Notes: generated by a model from the sequence alone, not told the origin. Counted from the stretch's first letter, positions 43,601 through 57,226 are shown. The stretch is DNA of 64,000 bases from Bugula neritina (GCA_964035545.1 OZ037772.1:3687538-3751537), one strand, 5' to 3'. Made by a program: numbers and translations.

Positions 43601-44373
43601 TACAATGCATCAATTGGAAAAGATTTCAAATCAACCTTTATTGCTGAATTATGAACCAACTCAATGAAATCCTCCTGTAATTCTCCTGGAATCTTTTTGA
43701 CAAAGCGTTGGAATTTGTCACATGTCAAGCTAAGAATCGAGCTCTTTCTTTTCAAGAGATAGCTCAGAAAAATATCGTTAAAGCTCTATTGTGCTCTAGT
43801 GTGCAATTTTTACTTATGACATTTTTATTTATTATCGGCACTTGTTCTCCTATAAAAGTTTATTGAGTGTGTGGAAAAACACCACAATTTAGAAAAAGGC
43901 GCCACCACTTTAGTGTAACTTTAGAAACACTGACACTGTTATGAAAAGCAATGATATATTATGATGATTGCACTCCTGCATGTTTAGGCTCAGATTATTT
44001 AGAGTAGCAAATATATTTACAAGGTATATGTAGTATACAGTTTATAGAGATTGACTTGCATGGCTGCTAAAAGTTGGCCTGTTAGTTCAAGCAGCAAATT
44101 TTTTGACCTCTATTTGAAAGTAGCACAGAAAGCAGTTAGGGTAAAGCAATTAATAAACACATTCATGTCAAAGTAAACTGATATTGCAGAATATAGTTTG
44201 GCTAAATAAGGGAGCTAAGATAAAGGCTTACAGAAATATACACATATAAATGTAACTTGCAAGAACCCAAAAAGCCTTCATCAAACCTTGTGAATTTTTC
44301 AAATTTCAAATTCTTCCCTAAAATGTCGAATATTTCCCCTAGGAGAAATTTCCTCCCAGGTTGGGAAACTCTG
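43600..44373 (-). mobile_element. hAT (Charlie/Buster, ZBED5-like) transposase remnant with terminus
   Basis: The minus strand reads ELQEDFIELVHNSAIKVD. The right end CCCAGGTTGGGAAACTCTG and 44150-44373 match 1685-1896 and 4700-4834. Confidence 0.55.
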
Positions 44374-45059
44374 AGCAAGACATGTAAACATGAATATTAC
44401 CAAGTTCATGCATTGCTAGTTACTAGACTGTTGGGTTACAACTTACAATATTTGTAAGCTGAAGAGCTATTAATAGAGATGATGGTAATGCAGTATAAAT
44501 TAGTCAGTCTATTATCATGAGTTAGTCACTGCTAATATTATGCTATGCAATGGCTAACAGTCACATAGCAACTTACAAATAATTCTACTATTTATTATGA
44601 TTATGACATCTGTGATGAGGAAATAAAATGTGCCTTTACATACACATCATATTTTGTGTAAACAAGTGTTTAAATACAGTTGAACATTTGGTGTTCGAAA
44701 TTTGTTTTTTTTTTCAAATGTTAATAAAATACAAATCAAAAAATATTTTTCAATAAATAATAGTAAATTATGCTGAAGAACTAATGTGGACTTGTAGAAT
44801 AAGTTCGCAAGAGAAGTAACTCCTGATTAACATGATTAAACAGTCACAATAATATTCCTGAAAGATTCCTAGAGCCTAAAGTTCATACACTATTGTGATG
44901 CAGTAAGTATTCTATAGAGTTGGTATTGATATCACAGTACAATTAGGTCATGAGCTATCACCAGGCATCAAGTTTTTACCTCCACTGGTGGAGTAATCTT
45001 AGGGCTGTAAATAATGGCCACTGTAAAGTAGCCATATCCAAAAACTCAGTTTTCTAACC

Positions 45060-45237
45060 ATCTCAACTGATGGACATGTGATGTGTGTGACACGAGGAGG
45101 TGTAGAAGTAATAAATGGAGACACTCTGGATACTATCAGCTCAGTGAAACACATCAACACTACATGGTGGTGGGAGATAATCCAACCTGAAGGGTTGGTG
45201 GTTGTTAGTTGGTATAACAGAGCGGAGAAAACAGCTG
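45060..45237 (+). pseudogene. 178-bp internal fragment of the TRIM propeller exon from another paralogue
   Basis: Gap-free match to 6453-6630, reading ISTDGHVMCVTRGGVEVINGDTLDTISSVKHINTTWWWEIIQPEG..WYNRAEKTA. No flanking TRIM sequence. Confidence 0.92.
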
Positions 45238-45693
45238 GTTTTAAGACAATGGCATTCCTTGGTGTCGAGTTACTCAATATATACAATGCAAATATTTTGT
45301 AGAAATGTGTCAAATAGTTTTTGAAGCCCTCAACAATTTTTTTATTTGAAATAAATTTTATAAATGCTTGAAAACAAATGTTAAAAATGTTTCATGAATT
45401 TTTATTCGTAATCAATAATTAAAATAAACAAAAATGATTTTGACTTTTACAAAAATTTTAGCAGAAGAGGCAACTCCTTATAAACATCTAATTTAATAAA
45501 TAATAGTACTATAAATACTCATAACTGTACAAAATAAGTATTGATATAATATCAAATGTAAATTGCCATATAAATAATGCTGTATATATTACACGTATAT
45601 ATACATGCATTGCATCAAAACCTATCTATGCATGATACCAATAGTGGCCTTGCAGCTAATTAGGGTAAATAGAGCACCTTTCAAATACTCAAT

Positions 45694-46381
45694 CACCGGC
45701 TTTCCATGTACCGATCTCAGATCGATCTCAGCGAGATCGATCCATGGAAAGACGCCAAAGATCGATCTGAGAAGTAGAAAAAGACTGCGCGCTACAATGT
45801 TGTCTGCTAATAAAAATGATAACTTATTGATAATTACTAAGCAAAGTATTAAATAATCATGATAGCCACTTTTTCAGATGCCAAAACTTTGACTTTCAGT
45901 ACAATGATTACGAAAACCCAATTATATGCAGTAGAAGGTAAAAAATGGGAGAATTTAAATTGAATTTAAATGACTAATAAAACTTAGTTTCATTAGCTAT
46001 TTTTTTTGTAACTTTAAGCCTAACGGTCCTGTAAGTTTATTAACAATCTGCAAGACAGCCATTAATTTTATATAAGCTGTCAAGCTAAAAAATTAAAATT
46101 AATTATTTTAAATTGGCCAAATTACTATACACTGAAAGCTTTGCTGCGTATAGTTTATAGCGGGGATTAAATTTTAGACTATGACCGTCTTGTTTTCAAC
46201 AGTAGTAGCTTTAATCACTCAAATAGGTGAAGAAATTATACTTTTAAAGTATCCTTCACTTAAGAGGAGGCAACTTCGCGAGATCGATCTGACACTCTCA
46301 TGGAAAAACGATCGATCTGAGCACATTTCTCAGATCGATCTCAGCGAGATCGATCTGAGATCGGTACATGGAAAGCCCGTG
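45694..46381. mobile_element. MITE with CAC..GTG termini (CMC/Transib-like ends; superfamily unresolved)
   Basis: TIR CACCGGCTTTCCATGTACCGATCTCAGATCGATCTC / GAGATCGATCTGAGATCGGTACATGGAAAGCCCGTG; no clear TSD. Confidence 0.8.
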
Positions 46382-46971
46382 TTTATGTGGCAGAACATAT
46401 ATGAAAACTCTTCTTCATGACATGATCGGAATTATATCAAAGGTAAAAGGTCATGACCTTCAAATAATATAAATATATATATATATATATATATTTAAAT
46501 ATATCTTTACGAGCTAGCAATTTGATTATAAATAGGTATTGAGAAACATTGTTATTTATTACTTTATTAGGTAAAGTAATTACACTGATAATTCGGGTAC
46601 CACTGTACCCATCTTCAGAGTAGCAATGAATGAAATTCAAAAATTATTATGTTACGTTAGACGTTATGCATGACACAAAGAATAGAGAGTGGCAGTTATT
46701 GTAAATTATTGAAACTTAGGGAGATAATCTTATTTTATATATTACGCAGGTCAAAAATTATACTGATTTTTTTGCATAAAAATAAATTAGAGTTGACAAA
46801 AAAAATAGATATCCAAATATAAAAACAGCAAGAATTAGTGAAACTATGTGAGAGTTGAGTAGTGTGGAGCTATTGATATAGTTTTAGTGGTATGGGGTAA
46901 TTTTGTTTATTGTGTTGCGGTTTTATTTGTTTAATGTAGAGAGCTTCGGCTACTTTTCGATGGTGGATTCC

Positions 46972-47125
46972 TTTAAATGAATGATTTAAAACTGTTACAT
47001 TGTCTATTGATATGTTTCGATGATTAGTGGTAGAGATGTGTTCCAAAATTTTTCAACACATCTCTACCACTAATCATGGAAACATATCAATAGACAATGT
47101 AACAGTTTTAAATCATTCATTTAAA
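46972..47125. repeat. Near-perfect long hairpin with arms of about 71 bp
   Basis: TTTAAATGAATG..GTAGAGATGTGTT, a loop of about 12 nt, then AACACATCTCTAC..CATTCATTTAAA; one mismatch seen. Confidence 0.92.
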
Positions 47126-48035
47126 TACAGTTTATCGTATAATTGCAAATTATTTTGTATATACAATGCAAATTTCTTATAGAAAAGTGTCCAATTTTTG
47201 TTGAAGAAATTCCTAAGATTTTTCTTTGAAATAAATGCTATATAATATGTTTAAAAATAAGATTTTAAAATTATTGTATCAGCTTTTATTCATAGTAAAA
47301 TAATTAAATGTATATAACTGTATATAACTGTATATCGCTGTTGATGTTTATAAAAGAAGCGAGAGGTGCAACTCCCAATAAATATTGAATCCAGAAATAA
47401 TATTGAATAATAAGGACCATAAGCTAAAGATCATACAGCACTGTCAGCTTGTAATAAATAATATAGTATAACATTACTCAAATGAAAATACTATAAAGCT
47501 ACATTTACATACAAAACATATTTGTGTAAAAAAGTATTTGAATTACAGTTGAAAAAACTACTCAGTGTTAAAACAACATTTTATTGTAATTAAAGCTTTA
47601 TTGTAACATATATACAAAAACTTGTTGTTAGTTACTAAAAAATTACGCTGAAAAAATAATAAAGGAAGTTAGCAGGGGAAGTAACTCCTAATAAACATAA
47701 ATTTACCAAAAAAAGCAATTTGATTGAAAATTTTAGTTTGACATTCACACAACACACCACAGCAGTAAGTAATACTCATTGCTGTGTAATCAGATAATTT
47801 ACTTCTGTTACAACTAAAATTTCAATTATGTTACACAATGCTGGTGCTAATTGAGCAATGTTATACAATTTCATGATATCAACGGCACCAGTGAAGTAGT
47901 CGTATCCAAATAAAACATGATAGACACTTTTCACATGTGCCTTTGGGACATTAGCGTTCTTCAGTGTTTAGTTACTCAATATATACAATGCAAATATTTT
48001 TGTAGAAAGGTGCCAAATAGTTTTTGAAGCCCTCA

Positions 48036-48495
48036 ACAATATTCTGTGAGGATAGGGTTGTGGGGGACACGGTAAAGATATCGGGACAGTCCAACAGCCT
48101 CTGCGTTAAAGTTCTTCCTTCTAGACTCAGTGAAGACTTGGCTAACCTTCTAGAAAGTTCCAACTGCTCAGACGTCACTCTGGCCATCGGACTATGAGAG
48201 TTCAAAGTTCACAAGTCCATCCTCTCCGTCAGGTCTCTTGTCGTCAATGCTATGTTTGAGCATGAGATGGAGAACAAACAAAATTTAGAATTTAGACAAG
48301 ATGGTGGCTGACCTTCTCTCGGCAGCAGATAAGTACGCACTAGAGAAGAGTCCCTGTTTGGTAACCTTTCCATGGACAATGTGTGTGAGGTACCATGGTT
48401 CTAGCAGACCTCCACTCGGCTGAACAACTCAAAACACACGCTCTGGACTTTGTCAACAGCCACGTCACAGACGTCGTGGAAATGTGCCATGGAAA
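48036..48495 (+). pseudogene. SPOP: Intronless (probably processed) SPOP/roadkill pseudogene: end of MATH, BTB and BACK
   Basis: [92 protein letters not shown] at 48195, internal deletions, no introns. Confidence 0.9.
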
Positions 48496-51400
48496 ATGTG
48501 AAGAAACGTACCCTCAACATGTAGACATTGCATTGCCAATCTGAGTTAATGTCAAAGTTTAGCTCTATTTCCTAATGATGGACTTCCTTCTTGAATATCA
48601 ATTGTACTGCTATCACAAACACTAGTTACAGTAGTATAAAAAAGATCAAATGGCTGGAATTATTGAAAACAAGCTGACGAGAAAAAATACAGCATTTGGA
48701 AGTTTAAACTCAAGTAAGTAGTATAATAAGCGTCTCTACGGCTATGGAAGTAAGCATCTCGCAGCAACAAACTTGTCAAAAGTAGGAGTTATCTCCGCTC
48801 GACGAATGTTAACTTATGGTTTAGATTGGCAATGTTATTACTGCATAAACAATAGAATATGCGGTTCTATGTGTATTGTGTAACAGTTAGCACTCAGGTT
48901 ACTATTCTGTGAGACAAATTTGGGATTTGCTCCACCAAAAGAATTGAAACTATAATATATATGTTTTGTATAACATGTTTATCTATTTGATGATTATATT
49001 GAAGCAAGCAAAATTACAATAACAAAATATTACAAGACATTAACCAAACCAAAACAAAGATTATCCTAGCCATCCTTTGAAATCTTGCTGTGTAATACTA
49101 GCAAACATAAATTGGTAAGTCTGATAATCGAGATAGATAAGTTATACAAATTAAATACATAAGAGAATTGCAGTTAGAACATCAATATTAAAATATTTCC
49201 TTCAACGGAAATTTTTGTAGCCTTAAAATAAATTCTCCAATTCAAATATTTCTCAAATATAAAATTGTGCAACTTCAGAAATCCAAATATTTTCTCCAAT
49301 ATAATTTGTGAAGACTAGAAACAAATTTCTCAATTCAAATATAAATTTGTGCAGCTTTTAGAGAAAATTTCTAATTCAAATATTTTCTTCAAATAAACTT
49401 ATGCTGTTTCAAGATCAATAAATCAAATCAACAATTTTTCTTTAAATAATTTATGCCGCTTAAAAATTAATAGATCAATTCAAACAATATTTCCTCAAAC
49501 AAGTTTTTGCTGCTTCTAAAGAAAACTAATACACTTGTTAGTCTAAATAACAAAAGAGGTTGAGAATATCCTTAACATAAAATTTTAACATTACTTACTG
49601 CAGCCAGTCTATATTATCGATATTTGTATCAATTAGTCAGTTTTCGAGACGTCCCCCCTAATATAATTATTACTGCTGCTATATCTTCTATGCTCCAATC
49701 GTCTTTATAGCTGCTTTTATCTTCTTGTATATCTATCTTCATTCGTCATTTATCATTCATCCTTTTTCTATTTTCAGAAATTCAGCTCCTTTTGTACCAA
49801 ATCTTTTTGGCAATGGTTCAGAGTTTAAGGATACCGACAATAACTGGCCAATGAAAACCAGCGGCAGACTGACGTAGAACTTGGTTAGGTATGTTGGCAG
49901 CCAAGATAGGGATTGACGTAAGAAGGATCTGTTGTTATTGGCTCATCTTTGTATATTGTGGGCTATATAATCAATAATTGTACAGCAATCCCTAATCTAA
50001 AAAATAACTTTAAAACTATAATATGATAAAATGTATCAGTCGATGCTCACGTGTTGACCTTTGTAACAAGCTGATCAATGTCAAAAAATTTATTAGGCGT
50101 TTGAAACATTATATCATCTACATGTTGGTGTAAACAAATATTTACACATATGTGTATCTCTATTTATGAACAGCATCTGCTATATGTTTCAGCTTTTTAT
50201 TCATTCCCAATTGTTCATCAATTAGTGTTTTATTTCAAAAGTCAATATTACAAATTTCAACACATGATCATGGCATGTGGTACTATCCTAACACACAATT
50301 ACTTATCTAAAAGCCACACTACTAAATAATACTATATATATATATATATATTTAATAATGCATTAAGCAATTTCTATGCAAGACCGAAATATTTAACTTA
50401 CTCAAAACTTGTACATTTGAACTTTTAACTTCACTCAATTATTGGGCCTCATACATCATAAAACTTTTGAATGTGTTTTATATTCTTTCTTGAATGTTGT
50501 AGATAAACTGTAGTCTACATACCGTGGTGGAGCAGGTATAAGAATTTATAATTGCATCAACCCGTTGCAGCAGCCATCTTACTGGAAATCTCAAACAAAC
50601 CTCAGCATCGCCAAAGCCATATTTTAGCGAGCTGACAGAATATCTCAGAGACATAACTTGTAAAGTACAGAAGTAAGAATTGAACACAAAGGACAGTATA
50701 TGTATAATCCTGCCTTCCATCAAGGATATAGCTTTCTTAAAGGATTTTCTGAGAATAATGATACAAATATTACCACTTCAGCTTAACAACTTATGACATA
50801 ACGGTTACATTGGATATCATTTTCTAGATTTCATATTTGTCTGTGTTTTAGTACTGCCAAGGATATCACTCAGCACTAAATGGACAAAATTGCTTCTTTT
50901 AATTAATACACTATGCTGGAGAAAGGCCAATATATATGAATTGGATAAAGAAACTAGTAAAATATTATTCAGTGTTATAACTTATAATTAAACTTTGAAC
51001 GAGCTTTGCTCTGATTGGTTTTTTCTGACTTATCGTAATATATATCTATATCTAGCCAGAGTTTTGTGCCTACATAGTAATGTACACTTCCTATGATAAG
51101 AGTAATTGAATGCAAATATAAATGAACATAATTTTTCTGATTTTAGTCTAGTTATGTTATAAGCATTAGATAACTTGTTTTTGAGACAGCGGGGTGAGAG
51201 CTTTGTAAAAAATTTAGCCTAATTAGAATTTCTGTAATAGATAAACGTTACTAGCTCCTTAACAATTCAATTGAAGTTGAGTAAAAATATACATCAGATT
51301 ACCAGTTCAAAGTAAAAGACTTTGAAGGCTAATAACTTACTACGAGCATTTTAAACAAATAACAAGAGACTAAATTCAAAACCAATTTATAATTATTCTT

Positions 51401-51739
51401 AGCATATGACAAGTATGAATGCTACAGCTGCTCTTGTACAATGTACTTGTACAGCTCTTACTCATCCTAGTATGTTTAACTGACATAGAATCCTTGTCTT
51501 TCTAGGGACTCCGCACATCGTTGGAGTGCAGAGGTCATCTCCAACAAAATACTTTGAATTAAAGTGGATAAATAAAAGTAAGCGCTTGTAATGTTTTTCA
51601 GCTCTAATTAAAGTTCCCAAAATGTTATTGTTGGTAAGTTTCAGGCTCAAGAATAATCTTGTATTTTCTTATTAAAAAACAAAAAGAGAAAAAAAAAGAA
51701 AATAAGGGTCCTCAGTCGCAAAAACCAAAAGATAGCTTT

Positions 51740-52335
51740 TCCAGAGGTGTGGACATATTCAAAAGTTTCAAATTTGGGGAAGGAGAATCTATAGAGGTTC
51801 ACAAGGATGTCCTAGAAAAATTTGACAACTTTTGTAAAAAGACCTTCAAGAAAATAATCAAGAGACATCAACTGCTATCAATAGATGAGTATGTCACCAA
51901 CTTACATTGTTTATGAGCTTGATAGACAAAACTTCACTCAATACCAGAGACATATTTTTAAATATTGTTTTTTTGTGTTTGCAGGTGAAAGACCATTTCC
52001 ATGTGATGTCTGTGGCAAGGCTTTCAAGCGCAGAAAAATCTGATAAAGAGGATAAAACAAAAATGGCCATTCTAATGCGGACCATTAGACCCAGAGGTGT
52101 AGACATATTCAAAAGTTTCAAGTTTGGGGAAGGAGAATCTAAAGAGGTTTACAAGGATGTCCTATATAGGAAAATTTGACAATTTTTGGAAAAAGACCTC
52201 CAACAAAATAATCAAAAGACATCAACTGCTATCGACAAAACAAGAAGTCACCAACTTACATGAGATCGCCAGAAAATGTGACCTTGTTGACATGTATGAT
52301 GTCTTTTTTATGCAGGCCTTTCTTCTTGGCATCTT
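51740..52335 (+). mobile_element. Two partial copies of the Ty3/Gypsy gag segment found at 55400-55810
   Basis: CCAGAGGTGT.GACATATTCAAAAGTTTCAA..GGAGAATCT occurs at 51741, 52092 and about 55550; blocks 51740-51910 and 52031-52335. Confidence 0.8.
51985..52031 (+). pseudogene. Truncated C2H2 zinc-finger exon
   Basis: Polypyrimidine tract and CAG acceptor, then GERPFPCDVCGKAFKR (TGE(K/R)P-type linker and CxxC), cut off by gag sequence. Confidence 0.75.
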
Positions 52336-53267
52336 CTTGGCATATATAATTTTGTATGCTCACATGGAACTATAGAAGGAAATGTCAGCTAGAAGAGGAA
52401 GGAAATGGAGGTCAAGACCAGCAACGCAATATCAAGGTCAACTGGAAGAAAGTAGTTTTAGGTCATGGCGGCTAGTTTGAGCACACTTTTGGACTAGAAG
52501 AGGAAGGAGACAAGGAGACCACAGAACTCTCTGAAGTGGGAAGTAAAACACACTTCAGCTACAAAGCAAGAGTTTAAAAGAGAAATGATTGGAAAAAGTT
52601 GAAATTTTACTCAATTTGATCAAAAATGAACAGATATTAATAAAAACTTTTTGGATGCACATATTTGTCTTATATCCAAGTTAAAATAAATCATATGTTC
52701 TGTTACCTAATTTATTCATTGTTTGAACAGCATGCATCTAAGTAATGTAGAATAGTCATTTGGTGTAAACATTATATGTACCTAGAGTAAATTTTTATTA
52801 AGCACTCATGTTTTAGGTTTTCATATTATTTTGGTATGCCGCTATAAACTGCAAGATTGATTGTTAAATAAGTAATAATGCTAATAGCTGCAGTAACTAA
52901 TTTAAACTATCTAAAATAATATTCCAATTTTATTTGATTTGGGACAAAAAACAGTAATAAATTTATTTTCAGAGTTGATCTTTAATGAATACTTATCAAC
53001 AAATATCTTTTCAAACAACAAGAAGTATAATACGTGCAAAATTTTTAAGTTGATGCAGATTAACAGAACTTATTTATGGGTTAAATAACAAGCAATTGAT
53101 TTAAGCTTTTTCAAATAGAAGGTTATTTTAATGATAGTAAAATGAATTTTACGTAAAATATATATTGTACGAAAATAAACAAATAGCAGCTAACTGGGAA
53201 GGAAGCATCTAACTGAGATGATAACATGTTATGTTACATCACCTTATTGTGTATGATTTTAGTATCA

Positions 53268-55049
53268 AGAATTTTTCCTGGACCACCTACTACCACAACC
53301 AGTTTACCAACTAGTCAAGAAGCAAATAATGGAGATAATCCAGAAGGTGCTTAATAAAAAAATTGTATATTTGGCGATAACCTCTAAATTTGTGATAACT
53401 GTCATTATATTATCATACTTGCAAAAACATAATATTCAATAGTTTCATGATTATATTAGCTAAGAATGTACCTGTGGTATTGTTTGGAGTTTACAGCTTT
53501 GACATCAAAGAGGCTTTACTAATTTATATTTGTTTGATCAATGAATCATAGCACTTACTATCATGCAGTCCAAATTTCTGTTCTGCATGCATCTTCAAAT
53601 GAGATTTAAATGTTCAATTAGAATTACTTATTTAATGTTTTGTTTATTTTTAGTTAGAAATGTTGAAAATATTGAAGAGGTACCAGTTCAACAAGCCATG
53701 GAAGGTTTGTGTTGACACTTTGAAAATGTTTTATGGTTACAATTGACATAACATACAATTACTTTAATGTGATGATGATTGTATTAAATTATCAGTATGA
53801 CAAGACACTTTTATCTATGATATTTTTCCTGTTTTAAAGTACAAGAAATAGATGAAAATAACAGCTCCAGCGCCGGACCAGCTGATCCTATTGAAGCACT
53901 CAAGAAAGACATATAGAAGGTGCTTAGTAATGTACCATAATCAAATTTCTGTATTTATACAAGTTTTTAGCCAAAGAGTTGCAATCACATGTTCTCCTGT
54001 AGTTTTCAGAACAAAAAGATGCTTTTGTTGAGCAGAGTCTTGAGCTTGGTGACTTGACGAAATTGCTTTGGTCTTAGATAAGTCACAAAAGCATTTATTT
54101 GTAATTAATCTAAATACTAATATAAGACAGTTATAAACTAGATCTTAGTTTTAGGTCATATATAGTATGAAATTTCACAGACATGAAGAAACAACTAAAG
54201 GAGGTGCTGGATGGACAGAAAAAACTGATGGCTATAATCACTGATAGCCATAGTGGCAAAGACAATATAACTGAGCAGCTGGAGGAGCCGCTAAAAACAA
54301 TACAAGAGTTTGAATCTCTTGAAGAACTTCTCCAATCCTCAAGAGAAAAACGTTCTGCTCTGGTACATAGTATACTACTATATAATATAGATTGTATAGC
54401 TAGTTTAAAGACTTTTGGTGTATAACATGCAATATATAACATCCTGGCGTAGTTGATATTAGAAAACAATTTCTAGTGAACTGTAGATTTTCAAGCTATA
54501 AACTGTGTTTCTCTTATGGAATGCTTCTTATTAAAGTGTTAGAAAAAATATTTGCCCCACTGCAATAACACATTGAATGTATTCATGTAAAGTCATGCTA
54601 TGAAATATAGGTGCATTATTGTTGTAGACAAAGTTTCTTTTCCAACTGGGGGAAAGAAACTGCGCAGATATGGTGAAAAGAGTTGCTAATATTAATTTGT
54701 TTTAAAAATGTTTGGCTATTTTATCTTTTAACTTAAACATGCAATACAGTCTGTATTTTGCATGGGAGATAATATAATATTGAAATAAAATCTGTATCAA
54801 AACTTATCAAATCTCTGGGGCTGCATCAGCAGTTAAAATAGTTGTTGAGTTGTTGAGTTTAGAATAATTGCTCATCAAAAAATTTACTGCGTTCACTAAG
54901 TTTTACTTTCTAATTATATTTCAGAAGCTCTGCTGAAAAGTAAAAATAATAAAGAAATAGATATAGAGATTGAAGTATCGCTATTTTTGCGGCGGTGCCC
55001 TTATCAACTGGGAGGGGATGAGTATAAAAAGACAAGTTTGCAAGATGAG
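53268..55049 (+). pseudogene. Spliced relic resembling DUF4806-type proteins (often transposon-associated)
   Basis: Exons LEEPLKTIQEFESLEELLQSSREKRSAL / TKFLFQLGERNCADMVKR / ..IEIEVSLFLRRCPYQLGG, plus short acidic upstream exons with stops. The family call rests on recalled motif pattern only. Confidence 0.45.
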
Positions 55050-55399
55050 GTAAAACTATACGATTATTGCAGTTATAGGGAGACTTGAACTGCTTGAACT
55101 GACTCGTATATAAAAATGGCTATAATTGGCTTCAAATTAGTTTACAAATACTAAACTAAAATTAATAATTTTAGGTTGTACTGCACATTCAATTTACTAC
55201 TTTATTTATGCTTCATTTTGACCATGGCACTGAAGCTGCAGCAGGGTATATACTATTTTTTGATCAAATGTAAATAGGTAATCTTTCAAAATTAGTCTAG
55301 CTATAGCACCAGAAATGTAATCAATAATGAATATTAACATTTCCTAGTGAAAAAATATCTTCAAAGTGTTTTTTTAGCCCTAAAATAAAAAATAGTTGT

Positions 55400-56204
55400 T
55401 GTAAACATGACAACTGCACAAGATGGTGCAGAGTTGTCCACCCAATGGTCCTGCTTCAAGGAAGAGTTCAATTATTACCTAATAGCCTCAGAAAAATCTG
55501 ATAAAGAGGATAAAATAAAAATGGCCATTCTAATGCGGACCATTAGACCGAGAGGTGTAGACATATTCAAAAGTTTCAAGTTTGGGGAAGGAGAATCTAA
55601 AGAGGTTTACAAGGATGTCCTATATAAGAAAATTTGACAACTTTTGTAAAAAGACCTCCAACAAAATAATCAGAAGACATCAACTGCTATCAACAAAACA
55701 GGAATGCTTATCAATAGATGAGTATGTCACCAACTGACATAGGATCGCCAGAAAATGTGACCTTGGTGACATGTATGATGTCTATTTTATGCAGGCCTTT
55801 CTTCTTGGCATCAACGACACAAGCAACTTTGGAGAAAATTGTTCCAGGAGTCAGAAAACATAGACCTCAAAAAAGCTATTAAAAAGTGCAAATTGGCTGA
55901 GAGCTCTCAGAGTAATATGAAGACTATCAAAGCCGAAGGAGAATCAATTCATACACTTGGTCTCAAGGCCACTAAAGCAAACAAAAGTGCCAAACTGTAC
56001 TTACGCACAACTGACAAGGAAGCGAATAATCCTGCCAAGTCTAACTGTGGAAACTGTGGCAACTCTCATCCTCCCGAAAACGCTTACGGCAAACAGTGTA
56101 GTAACTGCAAGAACTCCAACTACTTCAGAGCAGTCTGCAGATCCAGGAAAATTGGCGGAATAAATGCAGTCACTGAACACATAGCTAAAACATTAAAGCT
56201 TTAA
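55400..56204 (+). mobile_element. Degenerate Ty3/Gypsy gag with zinc-knuckle region
   Basis: WSCFKEEFNYYLIAS..KMAILMRTI.PRG.DIF; SIDEYVT..ARKC; CGNCGNSHPP..AYGKQCSNCKNSNYFRAVCRSR. Frameshifts and stops; no pol or LTR recognised. Confidence 0.8.
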
Positions 56205-57226
56205 CTGCAACCGTTTTACCTTTTTTAGGTTAAATGCAATAAAAAGAAGTGCAGTGTTAAATATAGCTTCAAGTAGACTTGCACTGAAATTCATGGACAA
56301 TAATAGTTCTATACTCAAAATAAGTGCAGATAAGTCAGTAATAAGTCTAAAGTTGTGTTTATACCTCTCCTGGAAAAAGTATTTATGTTTCAGTTAATAG
56401 CACTCTTCAGAGTGCACCCTTATATAGTCTTACTGAAACCCGGTGACATTTCAACTTGAATTTAATTGCTGACTGAAAATTTGGAAGGTATAAACGCAAC
56501 TTAGCAAATATTACCTAAAAACTCTATCTAATAAAATAGTTGTGAAGTTTTAGCTACATGTAACATTTTATAAGACAAAATTACAATCACCCACCCTAGT
56601 GCTTACTAATCACAAAACCTGGTTTGATAACTGGGGAACTTTAAATAACAATTCATTTCATCAAGATTAGAATTAAAGTAAACTTTTTATGGCATTCTCA
56701 CCAAATAAAGATTCGCTGTCATTGTCCAACTTTGCTCTTTTAATCAAATTATTAAAAGCACTTTGAACGATAGAAGCTGAGTCTACAAAAGAAGGAAGAT
56801 GCATGTAAATACAATTTTATATCTGAGTGTTATTCCGTGCATTTAATCCAAAAATGTTAATAAGAAAACCTGAAGGCTCTTGAGTGTGTGTCACAAAAAT
56901 GTTATATAAAGCCTGAGATCATGCTTTAAAACACTTTAAATATTGCATAATATATAACAAATCAAATAAGTACACTTTTAATATTGCATAATATATTATA
57001 ATAAATCAAATAAGTACAAGATCAAAGTATATATTGATACTATAATTTATTATGTGTATAAATATACATGAAGTGCTAGCATAATGTAGCTAATATTTTA
57101 TATTATGATAAGCCATAAGTGATCATTACAATTTTAAACAATCTATATAAATAGATAGCTGTTGTCCATATTTTCAATGCAAGCTGATTAAAAATTGCCA
57201 TTGCAGAGTGTGACAGCCGATACTCG

